A stretch of 32,368 nucleotides of DNA from a virus (taxonomy: Duplodnaviria; Caudoviricetes). Position numbers and translations under genes: made by a program. How positions within the stretch are numbered: position 1 is the first letter of the stretch; the number at the start of each line of letters is the position of its first letter. Location: IMG/VR virus record IMGVR_UViG_3300020045_009519, positions 1 through 32,368 of that record, one strand, 5' to 3'. Of this stretch, positions 6,916 through 15,111 are shown piece by piece. The notes beneath the pieces were generated by a model. The model was not told the origin of the DNA and made no database searches. It saw nothing but the letters and a program-made list of their open reading frames with translations.

Positions 6916-8235
6916 ATGTCAGATACTACAACAAAAATAAAAAGGATTAAGATTCAAAACTTTAAAGGTTTGAAATCTTACGAAGGAGAAGTTCTAGGAA
7001 AAGATATTTATTTAACTGGAAAAAATGCAGCTGGAAAAACTTCATTCATTGAGGCGGTTTGGATTGCATTGACTGGGAAAAATATTCCACCTAAACCAAT
7101 CACAACAGGAGAGAAAAAAGGACTTATAGAAGTCGAACTTGAAGACGGTTATATTGTCAGAGTTAAAATGAATTCTACAGGAAAAGCACCAATTAATTTT
7201 GAAATTGAAAACCTTAATGCTTTAGACGGTCAAGACCCTTTTGTAAAAGCACCTAGAACTTGGTTAGCTAATAGAATCGGAATTATTGACTTTGATGTTA
7301 ACGACTTCTTCAAAATGTCAGATGCTAAACAAGTAGAGTATTTTTGCAAGATTACAGGCTTGAACGTTTCAGAAATGGATGAACAGATAGAAGAGATTAC
7401 TGAAAGCCGTAAATACGATAAAAAGAAGCTTGCAGAACTTCAGTTAAAAACTGGATTCTATAATTCTGAAGATGCAGAAAAAGAACCTATTGACGTTGTT
7501 GAACTTTCTAAAAAAATTCAAACATTAAAGGATTCAGAAAAAGAAAAAGCTGAATCCTATTCATCTATAGAAGAAGGAATAAAAACTAGACAAGAAACTG
7601 TTACTGAATTAGAACGCCAGCAAAAAGAAATCGACTGTAAATTAAACGGCGGAACTTACGTAGATATCAACGGAATTGAAGTTGTTGTTGAAAGAGGTTT
7701 ATTAGATACTATTAAAGCAGCCAAAGAATGGTTGTTGATGCCTGAAAACATCCCTTCTGAAAATCCTGTTCTTGTTAAGCTTGAAAAAGATTTTGAAAAT
7801 TCTGAAGAAATAAACAGCAAAATCAAAACTGCTAAAGAATTCAAAAAGGCAGATGAAGAAATTAAAACTTTGACTGATGCAATTGAAACCGCAACTGAAG
7901 AAATTCAAGAGCAAAAAGATATGAAAGCAAAAGTGATTTCTGAAAAAATTGATATTGAGGGATTGTCTTATGATATTGAGAAAGAATGTTTCCTTTTCAA
8001 TGGATTGCCATTTGATAAAACTCAAATCAATACAGCTTCTCAAATCATTGCTGGTTTAAAAATTGGTGCTTCTCTTCTTAACGATGTCAAGATTCTTAAA
8101 GTTGACGCTTCATTAATTGATAAAGAGAATTTTAAAAAGGTTCAAGAATGGTCAAAAGCTGAAGGAATAGAATTGTTTGTTGAATTAGTTGACCGTGAAG
8201 CTGGGGCTTTGAAAATTGAAATTGAAGAATCTTAA
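6916..8235 (+). CDS. SMC/Rad50-like (AAA_23) coiled-coil ATPase
   Basis: KIKRIKIQNFKGL start, Walker A GKNAAGKTS, long central coiled coil, degenerate C-terminal ABC half. Confidence 0.85.
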   Translation: MSDTTTKIKRIKIQNFKGLKSYEGEVLGKDIYLTGKNAAGKTSFIEAVWIALTGKNIPPKPITTGEKKGLIEVELEDGYIVRVKMNSTGKAPINFEIENLNALDGQDPFVKAPRTWLANRIGIIDFDVNDFFKMSDAKQVEYFCKITGLNVSEMDEQIEEITESRKYDKKKLAELQLKTGFYNSEDAEKEPIDVVELSKKIQTLKDSEKEKAESYSSIEEGIKTRQETVTELERQQKEIDCKLNGGTYVDINGIEVVVERGLLDTIKAAKEWLLMPENIPSENPVLVKLEKDFENSEEINSKIKTAKEFKKADEEIKTLTDAIETATEEIQEQKDMKAKVISEKIDIEGLSYDIEKECFLFNGLPFDKTQINTASQIIAGLKIGASLLNDVKILKVDASLIDKENFKKVQEWSKAEGIELFVELVDREAGALKIEIEES

Positions 8236-8245
8236 ATTTTGTGTC

Positions 8246-8383
8246 ATGTCTAAAATTCTAAAAAAGTTCGACAAAAAAAAAGAAGTTCCAAAAACTCAAA
8301 TTGAAAAATTCAAGCAAATGGAACTTCAGAATCCTAACATTAGATTGCTAGCTGAAACTTTTGATTTGGTTATAAAAATATAA
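8246..8383 (+). CDS. 45-aa mini-protein resembling the DnaX/tau C-terminal helix (absent from ORF track)
   Basis: ATG 10 nt after the ATPase stop: MSKILKKFDKKKEVPKTQIEKFKQMELQNPNIRLLAETFDLVIKI, TAA at 8381-8383. Confidence 0.7.
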   Translation: MSKILKKFDKKKEVPKTQIEKFKQMELQNPNIRLLAETFDLVIKI

Positions 8384-8765
8384 TAACTAAAACAGTAGCT
8401 GCACCAGCAACGAATCCATAAAAGCCGCTCCTTAATTTGCGGCTTTTTTCGTTTCTAACGATTAATTTATAATCGTTGACATCTTTAGTCAAATTGATAT
8501 TTTTATCCTTTAAAAGTCCTAAATCCTTGCTTAAAACGTCATTCGATTGTTTTAATTCAAGTTTAGCTTTGTCGCAATTAAATAAAGCAGCATTTAAAGC
8601 TTTGTTTTGTTCTTTGGCTTCTTTGCCTTCAATCATTTTAATTACAGCTTTATCCATGTCTTTAACTGCAATTTTTATGCTGTCGTTATTCGTTTGCGAG
8701 TTCTGTGAAAATCCTTTTACGATTAACAACATCGTTACTATAATAATCAGTTTTAACTTTTTCAT
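8370..8765 (-). CDS. Lysis-module membrane protein, spanin-like (signal peptide, coiled coil, C-terminal TM)
   Basis: MKKLKLIIIVTMLLIVKGFS-Q leader, heptad region and hydrophobic C-terminus; last gene of the lysis cassette. Confidence 0.55.
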   Translation of the reverse strand: MKKLKLIIIVTMLLIVKGFSQNSQTNNDSIKIAVKDMDKAVIKMIEGKEAKEQNKALNAALFNCDKAKLELKQSNDVLSKDLGLLKDKNINLTKDVNDYKLIVRNEKSRKLRSGFYGFVAGAATVLVIIFL

Positions 8766-9054
8766 ATTTTATTTTAATTAATGGTTTTGAATCTTTATAT
8801 TTTTGTTCTTGTATTTCGTACTTGTGAATTAGTTTGCTTTTTTCTACAAGTTCAAGGCTGTCTTTTTTTAATTCAATTTCTATTAGTTCATTTTTCTTTT
8901 CTCTTTGCTTCATTTCCTTCAGTAACTCTTTGTTTTGTCTTCTGTAAGGTTGTATTGCAAAGTAATTGATAAAGAATATAAACGCCCAAATTAAAACCAA
9001 TACCATTAATGGTATTTTGTACCTTATGACTAAATATTTTATACTATTCCACAT
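8686..9054 (-). CDS. Putative inner-membrane spanin (Rz-like)
   Basis: N-terminal TM plus coiled coil; directly follows the endolysin and overlaps the next gene by 80 nt; first ATG at 9054. Confidence 0.55.
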   Translation of the reverse strand: MWNSIKYLVIRYKIPLMVLVLIWAFIFFINYFAIQPYRRQNKELLKEMKQREKKNELIEIELKKDSLELVEKSKLIHKYEIQEQKYKDSKPLIKIKYEKVKTDYYSNDVVNRKRIFTELANE

Positions 9055-9493
9055 GAGCAAAAATTGAATTTTTTGTATTTCTTGTTCTTAACATAACCTC
9101 TCCGCCGTTGCTATCATTACCGATAGCCGTGTTTCCTTCAATGGCTAAAAAAGTTTCTCCTTTAATTACCCATTTTACAAATATTCCAGTATGGTCAAAT
9201 CTTCCATCATTATTCCAATCATAAAAAACAATATTTCCAGCTACTGGATTTTTTGTAATCATATTGTTTTTGACAAAATAAGCTACTGCTGTTTGACATC
9301 CAGCAAATCCTTTTGTAAATCCTATTTTAGGCAATGGAAAACCAGCCATAAAATAACACCAACTTACAAACTCCCCGCACCAAGGCACGCCGTCAAGACC
9401 AAACCATTTTCCGTATTTGTTTTTATTGGTATTTTTAGGAACTTCTGTAGTTCCTATTTCTTTACTGGCTATTTCTACAATTTTATTAATCAT
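9044..9493 (-). CDS. Endolysin, single CHAP-domain peptidoglycan hydrolase
   Basis: PWCGEFVSW (catalytic Cys), DHTGIF (His) and IEGNT motifs. Confidence 0.9.
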   Translation of the reverse strand: MINKIVEIASKEIGTTEVPKNTNKNKYGKWFGLDGVPWCGEFVSWCYFMAGFPLPKIGFTKGFAGCQTAVAYFVKNNMITKNPVAGNIVFYDWNNDGRFDHTGIFVKWVIKGETFLAIEGNTAIGNDSNGGEVMLRTRNTKNSIFAHVE

Positions 9494-9774
9494 AATTCTC
9501 CGTATTTTAATTTATATTTAATTAAGTCTTTAGATTGCTCTTCATTTACTTTTCGTAAATAAGCATTTATTTCTATAAGCTTGTCCACTTGACCTTGCAT
9601 GTCAATAAGTAATTCCTTTTCGATAAGTCTAACAGTTTTTATATTTTCTAATTCAGTTGATTTAGCTGAATTTTTGTCCTGTTGCCTTTTATAAGCAACA
9701 GAACCAATCCAAGCTATTGCTGTTCCTACTGTTCCTGAAATACCTAACCAGTTTTCGATTAAAAATTTTATCAT
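9490..9774 (-). CDS. Putative holin
   Basis: N-terminal hydrophobic helix plus coiled coil, ATGA-coupled to the endolysin. Confidence 0.55.
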   Translation of the reverse strand: MIKFLIENWLGISGTVGTAIAWIGSVAYKRQQDKNSAKSTELENIKTVRLIEKELLIDMQGQVDKLIEINAYLRKVNEEQSKDLIKYKLKYGEL

Positions 9775-9786
9775 ATTTATTTTTTA

Positions 9787-12078
9787 TTATATGGATGAAT
9801 AAACCTTACAAAATCTAAACTGCTTATCATATATTAAAGTGTCTCCTTTGTCTGAAATCACTTTTATAATACCGCCATTCGCTTTAAATTGAGACGAAAT
9901 GAAATGAGATATTGTCACGTTAAAAGGTTGTTCTACATCTGCTCCTCTTTGAAACCTGAATGACTGTCCGAATCTTTCTCCTAAAGTAGGAATGTCTATA
10001 AAAATAGTAAAAGCACCTTCAATATTATTATTTTTAGCTTTAAACATAATAGATGTAATCATGTGGTCATCCTGATATTGTGGTAATATTTTAGACGTAC
10101 CTGAATCAAAGAAAGTAGCGTGACTTGGTGGCAACTTGCTACTTAAAATAGTTCCCTTGTTGTTTGTTAAAGTATCTGTAACGCCTTCCAATATAGATTG
10201 CGGACTTGCTAACGTATGAACGGTATCATTGAAATCTTCATGTCCTAATTTATTAATTTCATTTGATACAATAATCCAGTTCTTTGTCGACTTAACATTT
10301 GTTAGCTGTAAACATTGATAATTTTGGATCAATTTTATAGTTCCGTCAGTTACTCCATTTATTTTATTTCCACTCACTACAGTAAAGGTAGCGTTGTTAG
10401 TTCCAGCTGCTCCTTTTTCATCTACTAAAGTCAAAATTTCTCCTTCAGGATAAGTTTCTGCGTCAGGTAAAATAGCAGTTTTTGGACTTGAAGCATTGTC
10501 AACCCAAATCCATTTCTGAACATTTGTTACAGGTTGACCGTCATATCCTATTCCTGTTTTTGAAACTTTATTTCTTATATTTACAGCCCCGATTAAATTA
10601 ATTCTATCGTCAGGATTTGAATCTAAAATAACATCATTGTTAGTATTTATTTCTATTTCCCAGTTGGTTATATTTCTGAAGAAGTTATTACCTATAATTT
10701 GTTTATGTTTCAAGTAATCTATTGAAATTCCATGAGTTGTAGAATAATCAGGATGACCAGTATTGTAAATTTCGTTATCAACTACACAACAATCTTTTGA
10801 AGCTACATAAATTCCAACTCTTGTAGTTTCTCCGTTTAATCCATTGTCAAAAATTTTGTTTTTAGTTATCAATAAATTTGATGAAATGTCATTAGGTTCA
10901 GCTGTACTAATACCAAAATTTTTATTTTGATAAATTATATTTTCTGAAATTATAGAATCAACGCAATGAGCAGATAAATGAATTCCTACTTCTCCATTTC
11001 CGTAACATTTGTTATGAGAAATAATATTGTTACTTCCATAGCCGTCTGAATCAACTCCAGCGAAACCGCCAATAGTTAAACCGTTTTTAACGTTATTAAA
11101 AGCTTCATTGAACTGTATAGAACCATTTCCACAACTAGCCTCTAACAATCCATATCCTGAAGTTTTTCCTAAATTATAGTGAATGGTTGGAAATTTAGAA
11201 TTTATATTTAAAATATTTTGTCCTACTCCTTCTCCTGTATTATTTATGTATTTATTATAACTTTCTTCAGAACCGTCGTAAACGCCATGACCTTGTACAA
11301 AAGCAAAATCACAATTTGTGACACTAACTCTTTTAGTATCAGAACCAAAAATTTTAATTGCTATACAAGCTTCAGAGAATGATAAAAAAGTTTCGTAAGA
11401 TATTACTGTTCCGTCTGCAAATCCTAATGAATCAATATTTATTTCTTGCTTATCTTCAATGTTGAAAACGTTGTAATATGTAGCTGGCGTTCCGTTTACT
11501 ACTCCGTCCATTATGATGACACTAGACAATCTAGTTTTTCCAAATAGTTTTGTGTTGCTATTAGGATTCATTTCATCTGATATTAAATATTTACCTTCAG
11601 GAAAATAAACATTTAAACCAGTATTTATTGCGTTCTGAATTGCTGTTGTGTCATCCGTTCCTACGTACTTTGATAAATCAGCGTCATAAATAGCGTCTCC
11701 AGCAGCACCAAAATCTTTAACGTTAACATGTAATGTTCCGTTATCATAAATTTTAGTATAGTTTAATTTGTCATTAACATCGCCACCGTTATAAATAGCT
11801 AAATCCCATACAGTTGATTCGTCATAAAAACCGCCTACAATATCTCCAACTTCAAAAGTGCTTGGTGCTGTATTGCCTTCAGCTTTATATTTTAATTTAA
11901 AGTCAGGAAACAAAGGAATAGCTGTAGCGTTAACAGCAGAAATAGTTTCATTTAGTTTTGTTCTAAATCTGTTTGTTTCTTCTGCTGAAAGTTTATTAAA
12001 TAATTCGGTATTAGCTGTAGTTTTTGCTTCTTTTTCTCCGCTTAAATTAGCGTCAATGAATTCATACGGCTCTATCAT
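9787..12078 (-). CDS. Tailspike / receptor-binding protein with pectate-lyase-like right-handed beta-helix (probable depolymerase)
   Basis: VNVKDFGAAGD...DDTTAIQNAI...VYFPEGKY motif followed by N/I/G-rich beta-helix repeats and C-terminal beta domains. Confidence 0.88.
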   Translation of the reverse strand: MIEPYEFIDANLSGEKEAKTTANTELFNKLSAEETNRFRTKLNETISAVNATAIPLFPDFKLKYKAEGNTAPSTFEVGDIVGGFYDESTVWDLAIYNGGDVNDKLNYTKIYDNGTLHVNVKDFGAAGDAIYDADLSKYVGTDDTTAIQNAINTGLNVYFPEGKYLISDEMNPNSNTKLFGKTRLSSVIIMDGVVNGTPATYYNVFNIEDKQEINIDSLGFADGTVISYETFLSFSEACIAIKIFGSDTKRVSVTNCDFAFVQGHGVYDGSEESYNKYINNTGEGVGQNILNINSKFPTIHYNLGKTSGYGLLEASCGNGSIQFNEAFNNVKNGLTIGGFAGVDSDGYGSNNIISHNKCYGNGEVGIHLSAHCVDSIISENIIYQNKNFGISTAEPNDISSNLLITKNKIFDNGLNGETTRVGIYVASKDCCVVDNEIYNTGHPDYSTTHGISIDYLKHKQIIGNNFFRNITNWEIEINTNNDVILDSNPDDRINLIGAVNIRNKVSKTGIGYDGQPVTNVQKWIWVDNASSPKTAILPDAETYPEGEILTLVDEKGAAGTNNATFTVVSGNKINGVTDGTIKLIQNYQCLQLTNVKSTKNWIIVSNEINKLGHEDFNDTVHTLASPQSILEGVTDTLTNNKGTILSSKLPPSHATFFDSGTSKILPQYQDDHMITSIMFKAKNNNIEGAFTIFIDIPTLGERFGQSFRFQRGADVEQPFNVTISHFISSQFKANGGIIKVISDKGDTLIYDKQFRFCKVYSSI

Positions 12079-12530
12079 ACTTTTGTAATTTTAATAGCGG
12101 AATAACCGCTATATTCGTTATTAGAAATTTTTCCTAAAGATACTAAAATTTTTTTCGCTTCTACAAATTGATTTTCTATTGTTGAATTTATATCCATTAT
12201 ATCAATATGTTTTTCACTTATTTTCGGGCTACTCCAATTCTGCTGATTAATCGCTTTTAATCCAGCGTTAGTGTGTATGTATGTATTTTTCAACATCTGT
12301 CCTACTACGCATAAAGCTACAAATTTTCTAAATCCTAAAAAATCATTGCTATCGGAATTCACAATTGTTCCTGAAAAAATTTCTTTAGAAATAGCTAAAC
12401 CAAACATCTGTATAAATGTAGTATTTTTAACTGTTCCCATAAGTGAGTTAATTTTTTCCTGACTTAATGAATCAGTTACAGGATAAAACTCTTTCAATTC
12501 ATCTACTGTAATATTTTCTATTGCTGCCAT
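12075..12530 (-). CDS. Putative head-tail adaptor
   Basis: 151-aa helical ORF after the portal; TNAGL motif typical of Bacteroidota phage adaptors (inference). Confidence 0.5.
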   Translation of the reverse strand: MAAIENITVDELKEFYPVTDSLSQEKINSLMGTVKNTTFIQMFGLAISKEIFSGTIVNSDSNDFLGFRKFVALCVVGQMLKNTYIHTNAGLKAINQQNWSSPKISEKHIDIMDINSTIENQFVEAKKILVSLGKISNNEYSGYSAIKITKV

Positions 12531-12540
12531 ATAATTAAGT

Positions 12541-13797
12541 TTATTGTTGTGGTTGTGCTGGTGGTGTTATCTTTGGACTTCCTACAATTGCTCTAGCTTC
12601 ATCTTCTTTGAATCCGTAAAGTAATTTTAACATTGCAACGCCACTTTCTACAGTAGTAGCACCACTTTGAACAGAAGCTTGTAAGGCTAAAATATTTGGA
12701 ACTGTACCACTAAAAGCCATTAATTCTTTTTGTTCTTCAGTTCTTTCATCTTCTACTGGTTTAGCTTCTTCTTCAGTTGCTTCTTGTAAATCAATACCAA
12801 TGTTTTTAAAATATTCATTTATCTTTTCAGCTTCAAACAAGCATGTCGTTTTCCAGTTTTCAATAGCTGCGTTTATAGCATCCCCGCTATTTCCAAATAC
12901 TCCTTCGTTAGCGTTTGCTAAAATAGGTGGAAAATTATATGCAGCTGTACATATTTTTTTACTTGCTTTATCGTCAACAGCGTTAAATTTGTCTATATCA
13001 ATATTGTTTCCTATGTCAACTTTTTGAAAGAATTTAGTTAAATCAGCGTCATCGTCTAAACCTAATTCAAGAACGTGGTTTGTTCCGCTTTGTTTAGTAG
13101 ATTTGGCTTGTCTCAACGCTCCAATAACTCTGTCAGTATTTGAAATTTTTACTTCTCCTGTAGCTTCGTCTTTTTGGTCTGAACTTTCAGCAGATTTTTT
13201 CATTAAGAAAATATTATTTCCGAACAAAGAATTATCTGCACTAGCTGTAATGTGTTCAGGGGCGTCATCTTCAATCAACATCCATTTATAAACAGAAAAC
13301 AAAGGCGTTATTTCGTAAGGTTGTGAGGTTGTGTTATATTGAGAAACTTGACCGCTAAATTTTTTAAATCCACCAGCTTTTTCAATCTGTTGTAGTAATA
13401 CTTTTTTATTAGGATTGAAAGCTGGAAATGTTTTGTCATTTTTAGCGTTTAAGTATTGGTTTACATTTCCTAAATCGTCAATCTTTCTCGCTCTGTAATA
13501 TCTCGATTGCCTATAACTTACATCAATAGGCTTTAAATCTGCATCGTATTTAATCCACGTTGTAAACATTCCGTATTTTATTTTTTCGTCAACTATTTTA
13601 GTCCACATTGCCTTATATTTTTTCTTTAGATTTGGCAACACGCAATATTTTTTGAACATTAAAACAGTCATGGTCGCTGTAGGGCTGTTCTGTATTGCTT
13701 CATCCATAATCTTAAAGAAATCACCGCTTTCAATTATTTTGCTAAAGTCAGTTTTTTCTTTTACTGGCTTGTCAACAGTAGTCAATTTCATATCCAT
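12541..13797 (-). CDS. Portal protein
   Basis: 418 aa; ICTAAYNFPPIL portal-like motif; C-terminal GVAMLKLLYGFKEDEARAIV module; no other portal candidate in the genome. Confidence 0.7.
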   Translation of the reverse strand: MDMKLTTVDKPVKEKTDFSKIIESGDFFKIMDEAIQNSPTATMTVLMFKKYCVLPNLKKKYKAMWTKIVDEKIKYGMFTTWIKYDADLKPIDVSYRQSRYYRARKIDDLGNVNQYLNAKNDKTFPAFNPNKKVLLQQIEKAGGFKKFSGQVSQYNTTSQPYEITPLFSVYKWMLIEDDAPEHITASADNSLFGNNIFLMKKSAESSDQKDEATGEVKISNTDRVIGALRQAKSTKQSGTNHVLELGLDDDADLTKFFQKVDIGNNIDIDKFNAVDDKASKKICTAAYNFPPILANANEGVFGNSGDAINAAIENWKTTCLFEAEKINEYFKNIGIDLQEATEEEAKPVEDERTEEQKELMAFSGTVPNILALQASVQSGATTVESGVAMLKLLYGFKEDEARAIVGSPKITPPAQPQQ

Positions 13798-13810
13798 AAT
13801 AATAGGTTTT

Positions 13811-13843
13811 AAAAAAGCCGTAATTTACAAAAAATTACGGCTT
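13811..13843 (-). terminator. Intrinsic terminator immediately upstream of the portal gene
   Basis: 12-bp stem aagccgtaattt/aaattacggctt with a U6 tract on the minus strand. Confidence 0.8.
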
Positions 13844-13867
13844 GATTTATAATAAAGTTAATAAATT

Positions 13868-14431
13868 TTATTCTTCTTCTTTTTTTACTTTGACAATATC
13901 GCCAACTTTAACACCTCTTTCAACTAATTCAGGATAGTCAATCAAGTCTTGTTCAGTTACTTCGTGGTCAATTTTGTCATCCTCTTTAACTGGTGCTTTA
14001 GGTTCTTCAGTTTTCACAGGAGCAGCTTCTTTTTTAACTGGAGCATTTGCTTTACTTGTAACTGGTGCTTTAGGTGCTTTAGATTCTTTCTTTGTACCTA
14101 ATTCTTTTTCAATTTCACTAACATTACAAACGCTGAATAAATCAGGTCTAGCTTCGTGCAATTTCAAAGCTAATTCAAGCTTCTCTTTTCTAACTTCAGC
14201 AGTATCTTTATCATGTAAAGGATATAATACTTTGCTTTTTTTGTCTTTTTTGTCTGCTACAAAACTAATAGCACCTATTCTCAAGGTAAATAATTTCTCG
14301 TTTTTCATTTTTAAATAATTTTTATAGTGAGCGTTTAAATCTAAACTTTTCCCACAACTTAAACAAATTTTTTGATTCTCTATATAACGCCTTGCTTCTT
14401 CAGGCAAAGCGTTAAATTCTTCAGCTGTCAT
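13868..14431 (-). CDS. Hypothetical virion-module protein with P/A/K-rich linker and small C-terminal domain
   Basis: CLSCG near the N-terminus, KAPKAPV...KAPVKE linker, and C-terminal HEVTEQDLIDYPELVERGVKVGDIV. Confidence 0.7.
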   Translation of the reverse strand: MTAEEFNALPEEARRYIENQKICLSCGKSLDLNAHYKNYLKMKNEKLFTLRIGAISFVADKKDKKSKVLYPLHDKDTAEVRKEKLELALKLHEARPDLFSVCNVSEIEKELGTKKESKAPKAPVTSKANAPVKKEAAPVKTEEPKAPVKEDDKIDHEVTEQDLIDYPELVERGVKVGDIVKVKKEEE

Positions 14432-14433
14432 TG

Positions 14434-15045
14434 TTAAGGAACAATTACAGGGTCAAGACGTTGATTGTATAAAGCGTTTGTGTTTCCAAAGTCAGTATCT
14501 AACCAGTTTACACCGTTAGGAGTTGACTCTTCAGCACCAGCAACGCTTTTAAACATTCCTACTACTCTACCTCCGAATTCATCAGCTGTAGGAGCAACAA
14601 GGAATTTCAATCCGTTCTGAAGTCCGTACACGTGAAAAGTGTCTGCTTGAGCGTTAACACCTTTTAATTTAGCCACAATGACCCATAAATTAGAATTCAG
14701 TCCTTTAACGTTCTGTTTTCCTACTGCGCTTTCACTATCTGTAACAACAATATTACCTACAGTATGAGCGTATTTGTCAGGTGTGCTAGTACCTTCTACA
14801 ACTTCGTAGTTTGGTTTCGCCGTGTTTAAATACCAATCAATTTTGATAGGATAATAAACAGAAGTTGGTTCAGGATATTCTCCTGTAGCTGGGTCAATAA
14901 CATCTAACGAATCCAATAAAAAAGGATTCAAAGTGTTTTTTGTAAAACTCACAGCCTCTACTCTTACCGCTAATGCTCCACTAACTAAATTCAAATTAGA
15001 AGCGTCACATAAATTAAGAATGTCTTTTACTTTTTCGCAAGCCAT
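14434..15045 (-). CDS. Putative major tail (tube) protein
   Basis: 203 aa, beta-rich, MAC start and VYGLQNGL motif; follows the capsid gene as in Bacteroidota siphoviruses. Confidence 0.6.
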   Translation of the reverse strand: MACEKVKDILNLCDASNLNLVSGALAVRVEAVSFTKNTLNPFLLDSLDVIDPATGEYPEPTSVYYPIKIDWYLNTAKPNYEVVEGTSTPDKYAHTVGNIVVTDSESAVGKQNVKGLNSNLWVIVAKLKGVNAQADTFHVYGLQNGLKFLVAPTADEFGGRVVGMFKSVAGAEESTPNGVNWLDTDFGNTNALYNQRLDPVIVP

Positions 15046-15060
15046 AATTATTTTTGTTTT

Positions 15061-15094
15061 AAATAAACACGCTAATTTTATTTAGCGTGTTTAT
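15061..15094 (-). terminator. Hairpin/terminator after the major capsid gene
   Basis: 13-bp perfect stem ataaacacgctaa/ttagcgtgtttat with a 6-nt loop. Confidence 0.75.
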
Positions 15095-15111
15095 GATTAG
15101 TTTATTTTTTT

